Origin: an uncultured Bacteroidales bacterium
GTDB taxonomy: Bacteria > Bacteroidota > Bacteroidia > Bacteroidales > Paludibacteraceae
Assembly (NCBI GenBank): GCA_937901225.1
Contig: CALCGX010000127.1
Location: 12,643 to 76,642, forward strand
DNA: 64,000 nt
Direction: 5' to 3'
Position numbers and translations under genes: made by a program. The notes beneath the pieces were generated by a model. That model ran no database searches. It was not told the DNA's origin and saw nothing but the letters and a program-made list of their open reading frames with translations. Positions 49,696 through 58,568 of this stretch are shown here, one piece after another. Numbering within the stretch: position 1 is the stretch's first letter; each line of letters starts with the position of its first letter.

Positions 49696-49727
49696 GTTGT
49701 GAGTTTCATTATTTTTGACTAACTTTG
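49696..49727 (+). promoter_or_regulatory. candidate sigma-A promoter for 49781..54342
   Basis: TAACTTTG at 49720-49727. The -33 region is imperfect (GTTG/TTGT). Confidence 0.35.
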
Positions 49728-49780
49728 TCGCCGTATTGATAAACTAACTTTTTATTATTAACCATAAAAACACAACAATC

Positions 49781-50608
49781 ATGAAAAAAGTCTATCTTTT
49801 TTTGGCGTTGGCTATCCCAATGATGGCAAGCGCACAGTTGTTGGAGGTGGCTTCTACTGAGCGCGTTGCTGCGAATGCAGATGCGAAGGTGGCAGCATTC
49901 AGCCCTAATGGCGACTATCTCCTCCTGACAAACACCAGTAACCAAGGTTTACAACGCATGGATTTGGCTACCCAGAAGGTAACCAAAATCACCAGTGCAG
50001 ATGGCGCAGGTTACAATGTGAAGATTGCTCAAGACGGCAATCAAATCATTTATCGTGAGGTAACTCTCGATGCTACTAAGAGCCGCGTGAGCAACATTAT
50101 TCGCCACGATTTGGCTGCTAACAAGGCACAAGTGGTAGCAAAGCAACAATCACATCTTGCTGCTATGGTGGCTGATGTGAATCGTCCTTCTTTCTCAGTT
50201 CAAGACCGTCAATTGATGATGACCAAGAACGGCAAGACTATTGTTTTCTCTCCTAATGGTCAACAATACAGCTACCACTGGGCATCTCTTTCTCCTAACG
50301 GTAAGAAAGTGGCTTACTACATCAGCGCAGTAGGTTGCTTCGTATGCGACATTGATGGCAAGAATATCCAATTCATCGGTCACAACTGCCTCGCTCCAGT
50401 ATGGTATAATGACAATATTATCCTTGGTTGTGATGCTAAGGACAATGGCGAAGTGGTTTTGGAATCTGCAATCGTAGCTTACAGCTTGGACGGCAAGAAA
50501 CAAGTGCTGACCAATGGCGAGCAGATTGCTGTGTTCCCACAAGCAGCTGAGGGCAAGATTGCTTACTCTACCTCAGAAGGTGAAATCTATGTTATGAATA
50601 TTAAATGA
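49781..50608 (+). CDS. secreted TolB-like beta-propeller-blade protein (split-off homolog of the N-terminus of 9533..13303)
   Basis: Signal peptide. WASLSPNGKKVAYYISAVGCFVCDIDGKNIQFIGH aligns with FWASVSPDEKHLVYVTARYGTFVCDINGENVRSMG of the fused protein. The stop overlaps the next start (ATGA). Confidence 0.8.
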   Translation: MKKVYLFLALAIPMMASAQLLEVASTERVAANADAKVAAFSPNGDYLLLTNTSNQGLQRMDLATQKVTKITSADGAGYNVKIAQDGNQIIYREVTLDATKSRVSNIIRHDLAANKAQVVAKQQSHLAAMVADVNRPSFSVQDRQLMMTKNGKTIVFSPNGQQYSYHWASLSPNGKKVAYYISAVGCFVCDIDGKNIQFIGHNCLAPVWYNDNIILGCDAKDNGEVVLESAIVAYSLDGKKQVLTNGEQIAVFPQAAEGKIAYSTSEGEIYVMNIK

Positions 50609-53600
50609 TGCATACTACTATGAAAAAGACATTATTGATTATGGCAGCATGCGTAGTTAGCATCGCCATGTTTGCAACTGACTTGACAGGCAAACGTATT
50701 TATATCAACCCAGGTCACGGTAGTTGGGGTCCTAACGACCGTCCTAATGCTACTATCCCTTATCCTAACTTGGCATCTACTGGCATGCCTGATACTTGCG
50801 GTTTCTACGAGACCAACACCAACCTGTGGAAGTGTCTTGAATTGCGCGACCGCTTGGAGGCAGCCGGTGCTTTTGTGATGATGTCACACACACAAGGTGG
50901 TCCTTGGCCATACGAGAAAGTGGATGGCGAATATCCAGACTACACCTATGAGCACTATAAGAATTTGCCTGATTATGAGAAATACAATCGTCCATTGTTG
51001 GATATCGCTGATGAGGCTGAGGCAAACAATATGGACTACTTCATTTCTGTACACTCTAATGCGGCAACTGATGGTAATACCGTTAACTATTTGTCTTACT
51101 TCTATCGTGGTCAAACTGATGGTACACACGTAGTTCCAGGTGCTGTTGACATGTGTAAGGCTTCTTGGTATCATGCTTTTGAGTGCCGCTCTATGGACGG
51201 TCTTGAGCCAAACAACTACGACACCCGTGATCCAGAGACTTCTAAGCACATCTTGGCTGATATGAACTTCTATGGAAGTAGTTATGATGCTACTCTTCCT
51301 TCTTCTGGTAAGACTTATACTGGTTACCTCGGCGTATTGCACCATGGTGTTCCTGGTTTCCTCGTAGAGGGTTACTTCCATACCTATCAACCAGCTCGTC
51401 ACCGTGCGTTGAACCCTGACTATTGCAAGCAAGAGGGTATTCGCTACTATCGTGGTATTGTGGATTACTTCAAGGCTGAGCCAGAGACCAAGGGTTATAT
51501 CTTGGGTACAGTAAAGGATGAGCACAATGCCTTCGTACACGAGCTCTACAAGTATGCTCCTAACACCAATGACCAATACAAGCCATTGAACGGTGCTGTG
51601 GTTACATTGAGCAAAGAGAGCGGCGAAGTGGTGGCTACCTATCAAGTAGATAGTTGCTACAATGGTTTGTTCTACTTCCCTGACCTTGAGCCAGGTACTT
51701 ACAAGTTGGATGCAACAATGGATGGTTACAAACCATTGCACCGCAAATACCAAACCGTAGTCGTTGAGGCAAATGCTACCAGTTATCCATTCCTCTTCTT
51801 GGAGGATACTGCTCATATTGATCTCACTGGTCTCTATGAAGATTATCCAAATCCAGAGCAACCTGCTTATGCAGCATTGCCAGCGCAATTCAACATGAAG
51901 CAAAATGACCCTAAAGACAATACCGCTAAGATCAAGGGTACTATCAAACGTACTATCCAACACGCTGACTCTGTATTCTACCTCACACACGAGGAGGATG
52001 GTACAGCGCATATCTACGTGCTCAACAATACTACTGGCGCATTGGATACCATCTCTACCGTAGGTATCGTTCCAGTTGATCCAACCAACCCTGGTGATCA
52101 CTTGGCACTCTCTGATATCGCTATCACTTGCGATGGTAAATTGGTAGGTGTTAACTATGTTCGCTGCTACTATGGTGCTAGTTACGTAGAGTCTGGCTAC
52201 AAAGAAGGTACTTCTCGTTTCTATATTTGGGATGACTTCTTTGCAGATCCTGCACTATGGTTTACAAGCCAATTCACTAGCAACTCATTAAAGTCTGACC
52301 AAGGTTATACCATGGCTCTCTATGGTATGTCCACCAACTGCCATATCATCACCACTGGTGTTCACCGCTATGGTAATGGTGCTCGCTACAGCGTTTATAA
52401 CGTAGTAAATGATATGGTAGCTAGCGAAACATACTATGGCTGGGAACTTGGTGCAGGTTCAGATGAAGAAGCTGAATTTGACGAGTTGTACGATGGTACA
52501 GATTTCCGTCTTACTCTTTCTCCACGTGGCGAGAAGACCAACCTCATTATGGATGCAGAGAAAATGGCTCCAGTAGAGTTTACATTCCCAGAGGCTTCTA
52601 ACCTACCACTCGTTGTTTTTGGTGGTATAGATTCTACCCTCATTGGTACCAAGTTCCAAGGCGCATCATACTTCATGTACGCAGGTCGCAGCATGATGGT
52701 TACTCCATTCCAAAACGCTGAAGGCTTTGTAGCTGGTCTTAAGCTCTTTGACATCACCGACGGTATGGACAATGCTGTAGAGGTGAAATTGGATTACGGT
52801 TTCTTTGAGCCTTACGGAGCTCCTACCGCTCACGCAAGTGCAGGTGCATATGTGGATGGTGCAGTGCTTAACCTCTATCTCTATGTAGATGGTTTGGTAT
52901 GGTCATTCACAACTGTTGGCGTTCAACAACCTATCGTTGAGCGTATGAACGCATTGAACCTCAAGGTTGCTAAAACCGAATTCGACTACATCTTCTCATT
53001 CGTAGCAAACCAAGATGCTCCATACGCAGCTATCCTCTTCTACGATGAGAACAAAGAGGTGGTTGAGCAAATTGACATCGAAGCTACTAAGGGCGAGAAC
53101 CAAGTACGCGTTGCTGTTGACATGCTTCCATCTGAGGCTAAAACTTGGGGTATTACCCTCACAGGTACTCCTGTTCCTGGTATGGGCCTTGTTGCAGATC
53201 ACGTAGATTCTACTATGCTCAAACCATATGCTATCGTTAATAGTCATCCTCTCACCGACCAATTCGGTCAACTCTATGTGATGGAAGGCACAGGTGATAA
53301 CAAGGGTGTATCTATCTACGACATCAATATGAACAAGCTCAACACTACTCCATATGTATCTACCGATGCTGCATGGAATGCTCCTAAGCGTTTGGCAATT
53401 GCATCTGACGGTACATTGTTCATCGCAGAGTATAGCGACGATCATAGTGGTGTATATGTGATGGATCCTGCTCAACCTGAGAATATTACCCAATTCTTTG
53501 TTGGTGAGCGTGATGGTAATGGTGTTATTTCTAATGGTGGCGTTAACGTAGGTGCTTCTACCGCAGGTATCTCTATCTACAAAGAGGGTGCAGAGTCTAA

Positions 53601-54342
53601 ACTCGTCGTTTACAACGAGGACTTTGGTGCTTCTTTGGGTAATATCTTGATCTACAATATCGGTCAAGAGGACGGTTCTATCGTTAAGACTTGGGAAGGT
53701 GCTCCTTCTGAGGTTTATGGTAAGGGCAGCAACTTGGCTGGTCTTGTTAACAAGAACGGTCAACCTATTCTCACTGACTACGGATTCTTCGTTTCTACTC
53801 TCCGTTATGCAGGTGGTAACAATAGCTACGCTACTTCTTGCCGCTACTACAACTTTGATCAAGAGTGCGAATTCTCTACTCACTACGATCAATATGTAGG
53901 TTATGTCAATGGTAGCAACGATGGTGCTTTGGCTCTCAGCAACGATCAAAAGTACCTCGTATTGCCAGACGATAACAACCAATTCGTAGTATTTGAGTGC
54001 GCATGGGATGAAGAGGGTAAACTTAGCGTGAAGTATGTAGAGTCATTTGTTCACAACCTTGGCCCTGTTTACCAATTGAGCTTCGACTACGCAGGTAACT
54101 TGATCGCTTCTGCAGCAGGTCACGTAGCTCGCTACACCATGCCAACAGCTGATAACACCATCGTTATTCCAGCTAAGACTGCGTTGGCAGATGCTCCTGA
54201 GTACGATCCAACAGCTGTAGAAAATGTGAAACCTGCTGTTCTTGATCGCAATGCTCCTATGTATGACATACTTGGTCGCCAAGTGGATAAGACATATCGC
54301 GGTATTGTTATCCAAAACGGACAAGCATATCTCGTGCGTTGA
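50605..54342 (+). CDS. multidomain secreted protein: Amidase_3, CarboxypepD_reg-like, module X, module Y, T9SS-like tail
   Basis: Amidase signature at about 50690-51420: NPGHGSWG, FYETNTNL, FISVHSNAAT, PGFLVEGYFH. FYFPDLEPGTYKLDA block. Tail PMYDILGRQVDKTYRGIVIQNGQAYLVR. Confidence 0.85.
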   Translation: MMHTTMKKTLLIMAACVVSIAMFATDLTGKRIYINPGHGSWGPNDRPNATIPYPNLASTGMPDTCGFYETNTNLWKCLELRDRLEAAGAFVMMSHTQGGPWPYEKVDGEYPDYTYEHYKNLPDYEKYNRPLLDIADEAEANNMDYFISVHSNAATDGNTVNYLSYFYRGQTDGTHVVPGAVDMCKASWYHAFECRSMDGLEPNNYDTRDPETSKHILADMNFYGSSYDATLPSSGKTYTGYLGVLHHGVPGFLVEGYFHTYQPARHRALNPDYCKQEGIRYYRGIVDYFKAEPETKGYILGTVKDEHNAFVHELYKYAPNTNDQYKPLNGAVVTLSKESGEVVATYQVDSCYNGLFYFPDLEPGTYKLDATMDGYKPLHRKYQTVVVEANATSYPFLFLEDTAHIDLTGLYEDYPNPEQPAYAALPAQFNMKQNDPKDNTAKIKGTIKRTIQHADSVFYLTHEEDGTAHIYVLNNTTGALDTISTVGIVPVDPTNPGDHLALSDIAITCDGKLVGVNYVRCYYGASYVESGYKEGTSRFYIWDDFFADPALWFTSQFTSNSLKSDQGYTMALYGMSTNCHIITTGVHRYGNGARYSVYNVVNDMVASETYYGWELGAGSDEEAEFDELYDGTDFRLTLSPRGEKTNLIMDAEKMAPVEFTFPEASNLPLVVFGGIDSTLIGTKFQGASYFMYAGRSMMVTPFQNAEGFVAGLKLFDITDGMDNAVEVKLDYGFFEPYGAPTAHASAGAYVDGAVLNLYLYVDGLVWSFTTVGVQQPIVERMNALNLKVAKTEFDYIFSFVANQDAPYAAILFYDENKEVVEQIDIEATKGENQVRVAVDMLPSEAKTWGITLTGTPVPGMGLVADHVDSTMLKPYAIVNSHPLTDQFGQLYVMEGTGDNKGVSIYDINMNKLNTTPYVSTDAAWNAPKRLAIASDGTLFIAEYSDDHSGVYVMDPAQPENITQFFVGERDGNGVISNGGVNVGASTAGISIYKEGAESKLVVYNEDFGASLGNILIYNIGQEDGSIVKTWEGAPSEVYGKGSNLAGLVNKNGQPILTDYGFFVSTLRYAGGNNSYATSCRYYNFDQECEFSTHYDQYVGYVNGSNDGALALSNDQKYLVLPDDNNQFVVFECAWDEEGKLSVKYVESFVHNLGPVYQLSFDYAGNLIASAAGHVARYTMPTADNTIVIPAKTALADAPEYDPTAVENVKPAVLDRNAPMYDILGRQVDKTYRGIVIQNGQAYLVR

Positions 54343-54375
54343 TACTAATTGAGCAAGTGCTCATATATAATAATT

Positions 54376-54410
54376 CCAAGGAACGAGTCATCCTCGTTCC
54401 TTGGTTTTTT
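54376..54410 (+). terminator. intrinsic terminator
   Basis: A 12-bp perfect stem, ccaaggaacgag / ctcgttccttgg, plus T6. Confidence 0.75.
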
Positions 54411-54471
54411 GTCTATATCCCTTAGTAACATTTCTAAAAGTTCAATAAAAATTAAACTTTTTCCGAAAACG

Positions 54472-54503
54472 TTTGCAGGTATCAAAAAAAAGTTGTACCT
54501 TTG
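54472..54503 (+). promoter_or_regulatory. sigma-A promoter for 54567..58430
   Basis: TTTG (54472-54475), a 20-nt spacer with A8, then TACCTTTG (54496-54503). Homologous to 5933-5964. Confidence 0.6.
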
Positions 54504-54566
54504 TCGCCGTGTTATGTAGATAACAAGCTAATAAACAATAATTATTAACCTTAAATTCATTACAAC

Positions 54567-57500
54567 ATGAAAAAACTTTTACTATCTCTCCTTGCTCTTG
54601 TAGCAATGATTGGTACAATCAGCGCGCAACGCGCTTGGGCGTACGATTTGGGGTTGGGCTATGCTTCCGATACCTACACATTCTCTTTCAAAGCAACTAC
54701 AGCTGCTAATGCGACCCTTATCTTTACGGATGCTGAGGGTACTGAGTTGGCAACACATGATGCTGGTGCTGTTGTTGCAGGTGCTAATACTGTTTCTTTG
54801 CCCAAAGCTCAACTTCCAGAAGGTGACGCTATTTATTGGGCAGTAAAATTAACAGGTGAAGCAATCGCAAATTTAGTAGAAGTTACTGATGCTTCTAAAG
54901 GTATTTACAGCTTCTACTTGCCACAAGGTGTAGCCGTTGACAACAATCCAGAGTCTTCTACTTTTGGTAATATTTACGTAGCTCAATCAACTAACGGTGC
55001 ATCTGATGGTGGTTCTACCCGTGCTGATAACCAAAAACAAGGTATCTTTATTTATGATCAAACATTGGCAGAACTCAATCCTACATCAAATGTAGGTATC
55101 ATTCCAAGCAATGTGACTTTATCTTCTACCACTGATCGTCAAGCGATGAAGCGTATCGTTATCAATCCTGTAACCAACGAAGTTGCATTTATTCACAACT
55201 TGGATCCGGTGGCAATCTGGGCAGTACCTGCTAACAACGTAGGGGGCGAGGCTAAGAACCTTATTGATGGTCTTGGATTTACAGCTGCCAATGCTGCTTG
55301 CTTCGGTGAGGATGGTTCTTTGTATGTATTAGTATCTCCTGGTTATCCAGCTCCAGGTTCACTCTACAAGATAACTGATGGTGTAGTAGATACATTGTTT
55401 GCTAATTATGGAAAATTTGGTAATGCAGACGTAGCTTTGGCTTCTGATGGTCGTGGTGGTGTTTGGATAGCTCAAAACCGTGGTCAATTAGACGGATTCA
55501 ACCAACTTACCCACGTTAATGCTGCTGGTGAGATAGACTTCGAAGTAAACTCTACTACCCCTAACGGCATTGAAAGTGCTAATACTGCTCGTGGTACTAT
55601 GGCTTACAATCCTAATGAAGATGTACTCGCTTTGGGTATTGGTGCTACAAATACCATTGGTGCATCTCTTTATAAGGTGACATATGATGCAGAGACTGGT
55701 GTTCCCTCGTTGGCATTCTTGGCAAAGACTCCTTCTTTGGGTAAGAACGTGGATGGTCTTGCATTTGACTACGCTGGTGACCTTTATGGTTTGTCCGCAA
55801 ATAAAGAGCGTTTCTATAAATATGCTGTTCCTACCAACAACAACGTTTGCAGAACTCCTGCCCCTAAAGCACAGGTGATTGTAAACTCTTCTTCTGTAGT
55901 GACCTACACCATTAATGCAACTGCAAATGATGACAAGATGGGTACCGTGACAGGTGGTGGTGTGTATCTAAAAGATGCAGAAGTTATTTTAACAGCAACT
56001 CCTGCTGATGGTCATACTTTTGTTAAGTGGAGCAACGAGTCCACCGAAAACCCATTGATATTTACTGCTATTGAAGACCTTACAATTTCTGCAATCTTCG
56101 AAGTTCTTTCTTATACCGTTACTCTTTCTGCTAATGATGCAACTAAAGGTACTGTTGAAGGTACTGGCACTTATGAATATGGTACAGAAGTAACTCTCTC
56201 TGCAACTCCTGCTGATGGTTATGAATTTGTTGATTGGAGCAATGGAAGCAAGGAGAATCCTTTGACAATTACCGTAAAAGAAGATACCGAACTTACCGCA
56301 AACTTCCGCGCTGTGATGGCTTCCTCTATCACTTTGAATGCTCTGCCTGTACAAGACTATAGCGCAAGCATCGTAGGTACTATCAAACGTGCTGTTCAAA
56401 ACGGTGAGAACACCATCGTTCTTTCACACGAAGTAGATGGCACTCCTCACATCTACAACGTAGCTCATGCTACACAAACCGTTACTGAACTTTCTCAAGA
56501 AGGTGTAAATGCTGCGGCTGATGGTTTCCTCGCTATCTCCGATATTGCAGTTACCGAAGATGGTAAATTAGTGGCTTGTAACTATGTACATTGCACATTT
56601 ACCCCTTCAAATACTTCTTATTTCTATATTTGGAATGATTTAGCAGCAGCTCCATCTGTATGGTTTACTTCTCAAAAGTCAGGTAATTACAACGATGCGT
56701 ATATGGGATATACCATGGCGTTGAAAGGCACCTCTCAAAATGCTGAAGTAACAATCTCAGCGTTTAATAAGAGCAATAGTAATACTCGTTATTCACACCT
56801 TTATGTGGTGGATGGTACTTACAGTGATGCAAGTTATAAGTATAGTCGAGACAATGCGGCATTACATCCTAATACATTAGGAAAGAATACTTATGAGTTG
56901 AACGCATCTCCACTTGCTGCTGGCAAATGGATTGTTGATGGCGAATTGAATTCTCCTATTGAATTTGTAGAGAAAAACGCAGTAGCTATTGATACTTATA
57001 CTGCACTTAATTCAAATGTTCTCGGTAAGAAATACAATGGTGCTTATTATCTCAAGAACTACAACGACCACCATTTCATGATTGCCCCATATGCTAACGA
57101 GGAGGGACTGCTTGCTGGTGTGAAAGTGATTGGTATCACAGATGGTTTTGCTGCACCAACCGTACTAGCTTCTAATACTGACCTTGATATTGCTGTAGAG
57201 GCAACCACTGCTTCTGCAACGGCTGTAGTTGATGCAGAAGGCAATTTGACTATCCACCTCTTTGCGGATGCACGAGTATATACCTTTACAGAGAAAGCGG
57301 TTGATCCTACTCCTCCAGAAGTAGAACTTGTAGGTGTTGTTAAACGTGCACTCACCATTGGCGAAAGCACCGTTGTTCTCACTCACGAGGCTAATGGTAC
57401 TCCTCATATCTACAATATCGTAGGCGAAGAAATCGCAGAGATTTCTCAAGAAGGCGTTATCGCTCGCGATCCTGAGAACCCAGGCGATCATCTTGCAATC

Positions 57501-58430
57501 TCTGATATCGCTGTTACTGAGGATGGCAAACTTGTAGCTGTCAACTATGTACGTTGCTATAATGCTCCTGCTTATGTAGAGAGTGGATACAAAGAGGGTA
57601 CTACTCGCTTCTATATGTGGGATGCGCTTACTGCAGATCCAACTATTTGGTTTACATCACAATACACCTCTAATTCACTCAAATCTGATCAAGGTTACAC
57701 CATGGCACTCAATGGTTCTTCTACCGATTGCCAAATCATCATCACGGGTGTTCACCGTTATGGCAATGGTGCACGCTTTAGCAACTTCAAGGTGGTGGAT
57801 GGTGCTTTGTCTAGCACATCATACTTCGGTTGGTCACTTGGTTTAGGTTCAAATGAAGAGGCTGTGTTTGATGAGGCTTTAGATGGTACTAACTTCCAAC
57901 TCTCAGTATCTCCTCGCAATAATGCAGACTTTATCATGGATGCAGAGAAGATGGCTCCAGTAGAGTGGCAAATACCTGCTACCTCTAAAGAAGATCCTAT
58001 CGTTCTTGGCGAATTGGATGCAGCACTTGTTGGCGTGAAATTCAATGGTGTTACTTATCTTACCGTAGGCGCACAAACTATCATGGTAGCGCCTTATGCT
58101 GACGCAGAAGGCAAACTCGCAGGTGTTAAGGTGCTTGACATCACCGCAGGTCTTGATAAGGCTACTGAGCTCAAAGTAGCTAACTTAGACGCTGCTGTTG
58201 AGGCTACCGCTGCTGCTACTGCTGTGGCTGTTGCAGACAACGTGCTCACCATTACCCTCGTAGCTGATGCTACTCTCCATGTACTTGAGGTGGAACTTGA
58301 GAAGGGGCCTGCTACCGCTCTTGAGAACATCGCTGTTGAGGGTAAAGCAATCAAGATGATTAAGAACGGTCAATTGATCATTATCAAGAACGGCATTCAA
58401 TACAACGTTCAAGGTGCGGTTGTAAAATAA
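54567..58430 (+). CDS. multidomain secreted protein: module Y, two InlB-B-repeat-like (Listeria-Bacteroides repeat) domains, two tandem copies of module X, T9SS-like tail
   Basis: Signal peptide. The N-terminus is paralogous to 6030..7502. Repeats ...GTVTGGGVYLKDAEVILTATPADGHTFVKWSN and ...GTVEGTGTYEYGTEVTLSATPADGYEFVDWSN. Module X copies at about 56320-57280 and 57320-58290. Tail IKMIKNGQLIIIKNGIQYNVQGAVVK. Confidence 0.85.
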   Translation: MKKLLLSLLALVAMIGTISAQRAWAYDLGLGYASDTYTFSFKATTAANATLIFTDAEGTELATHDAGAVVAGANTVSLPKAQLPEGDAIYWAVKLTGEAIANLVEVTDASKGIYSFYLPQGVAVDNNPESSTFGNIYVAQSTNGASDGGSTRADNQKQGIFIYDQTLAELNPTSNVGIIPSNVTLSSTTDRQAMKRIVINPVTNEVAFIHNLDPVAIWAVPANNVGGEAKNLIDGLGFTAANAACFGEDGSLYVLVSPGYPAPGSLYKITDGVVDTLFANYGKFGNADVALASDGRGGVWIAQNRGQLDGFNQLTHVNAAGEIDFEVNSTTPNGIESANTARGTMAYNPNEDVLALGIGATNTIGASLYKVTYDAETGVPSLAFLAKTPSLGKNVDGLAFDYAGDLYGLSANKERFYKYAVPTNNNVCRTPAPKAQVIVNSSSVVTYTINATANDDKMGTVTGGGVYLKDAEVILTATPADGHTFVKWSNESTENPLIFTAIEDLTISAIFEVLSYTVTLSANDATKGTVEGTGTYEYGTEVTLSATPADGYEFVDWSNGSKENPLTITVKEDTELTANFRAVMASSITLNALPVQDYSASIVGTIKRAVQNGENTIVLSHEVDGTPHIYNVAHATQTVTELSQEGVNAAADGFLAISDIAVTEDGKLVACNYVHCTFTPSNTSYFYIWNDLAAAPSVWFTSQKSGNYNDAYMGYTMALKGTSQNAEVTISAFNKSNSNTRYSHLYVVDGTYSDASYKYSRDNAALHPNTLGKNTYELNASPLAAGKWIVDGELNSPIEFVEKNAVAIDTYTALNSNVLGKKYNGAYYLKNYNDHHFMIAPYANEEGLLAGVKVIGITDGFAAPTVLASNTDLDIAVEATTASATAVVDAEGNLTIHLFADARVYTFTEKAVDPTPPEVELVGVVKRALTIGESTVVLTHEANGTPHIYNIVGEEIAEISQEGVIARDPENPGDHLAISDIAVTEDGKLVAVNYVRCYNAPAYVESGYKEGTTRFYMWDALTADPTIWFTSQYTSNSLKSDQGYTMALNGSSTDCQIIITGVHRYGNGARFSNFKVVDGALSSTSYFGWSLGLGSNEEAVFDEALDGTNFQLSVSPRNNADFIMDAEKMAPVEWQIPATSKEDPIVLGELDAALVGVKFNGVTYLTVGAQTIMVAPYADAEGKLAGVKVLDITAGLDKATELKVANLDAAVEATAAATAVAVADNVLTITLVADATLHVLEVELEKGPATALENIAVEGKAIKMIKNGQLIIIKNGIQYNVQGAVVK

Positions 58431-58458
58431 TTGACTCTTAGTGAGCAATTCAATATTC

Positions 58459-58488
58459 AAGAGAGTGCCACACGGCACTCTCTTTTTT
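58459..58488 (+). terminator. intrinsic terminator
   Basis: An 11-bp perfect stem, aagagagtgcc / ggcactctctt, plus a T-run. Confidence 0.75.
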
Positions 58489-58568
58489 GTCATTTTGGCA
58501 GTTGGGAGTATATCGGCAGTATTTAACCCCCTTTTGCATAGTTTTTGTACAAGTATTTGTAATATAGA

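Noticed and set aside
42110-58568. A genomic island integrated at tRNA-Pro. The accessory giant-protein and amidase genes start right after the tRNA.
   Set aside because: There is no integrase, excisionase or mobilisation gene. I found no direct repeat of the tRNA 3' end near 58431-58568. Promoters and repeats match the rest of the window.
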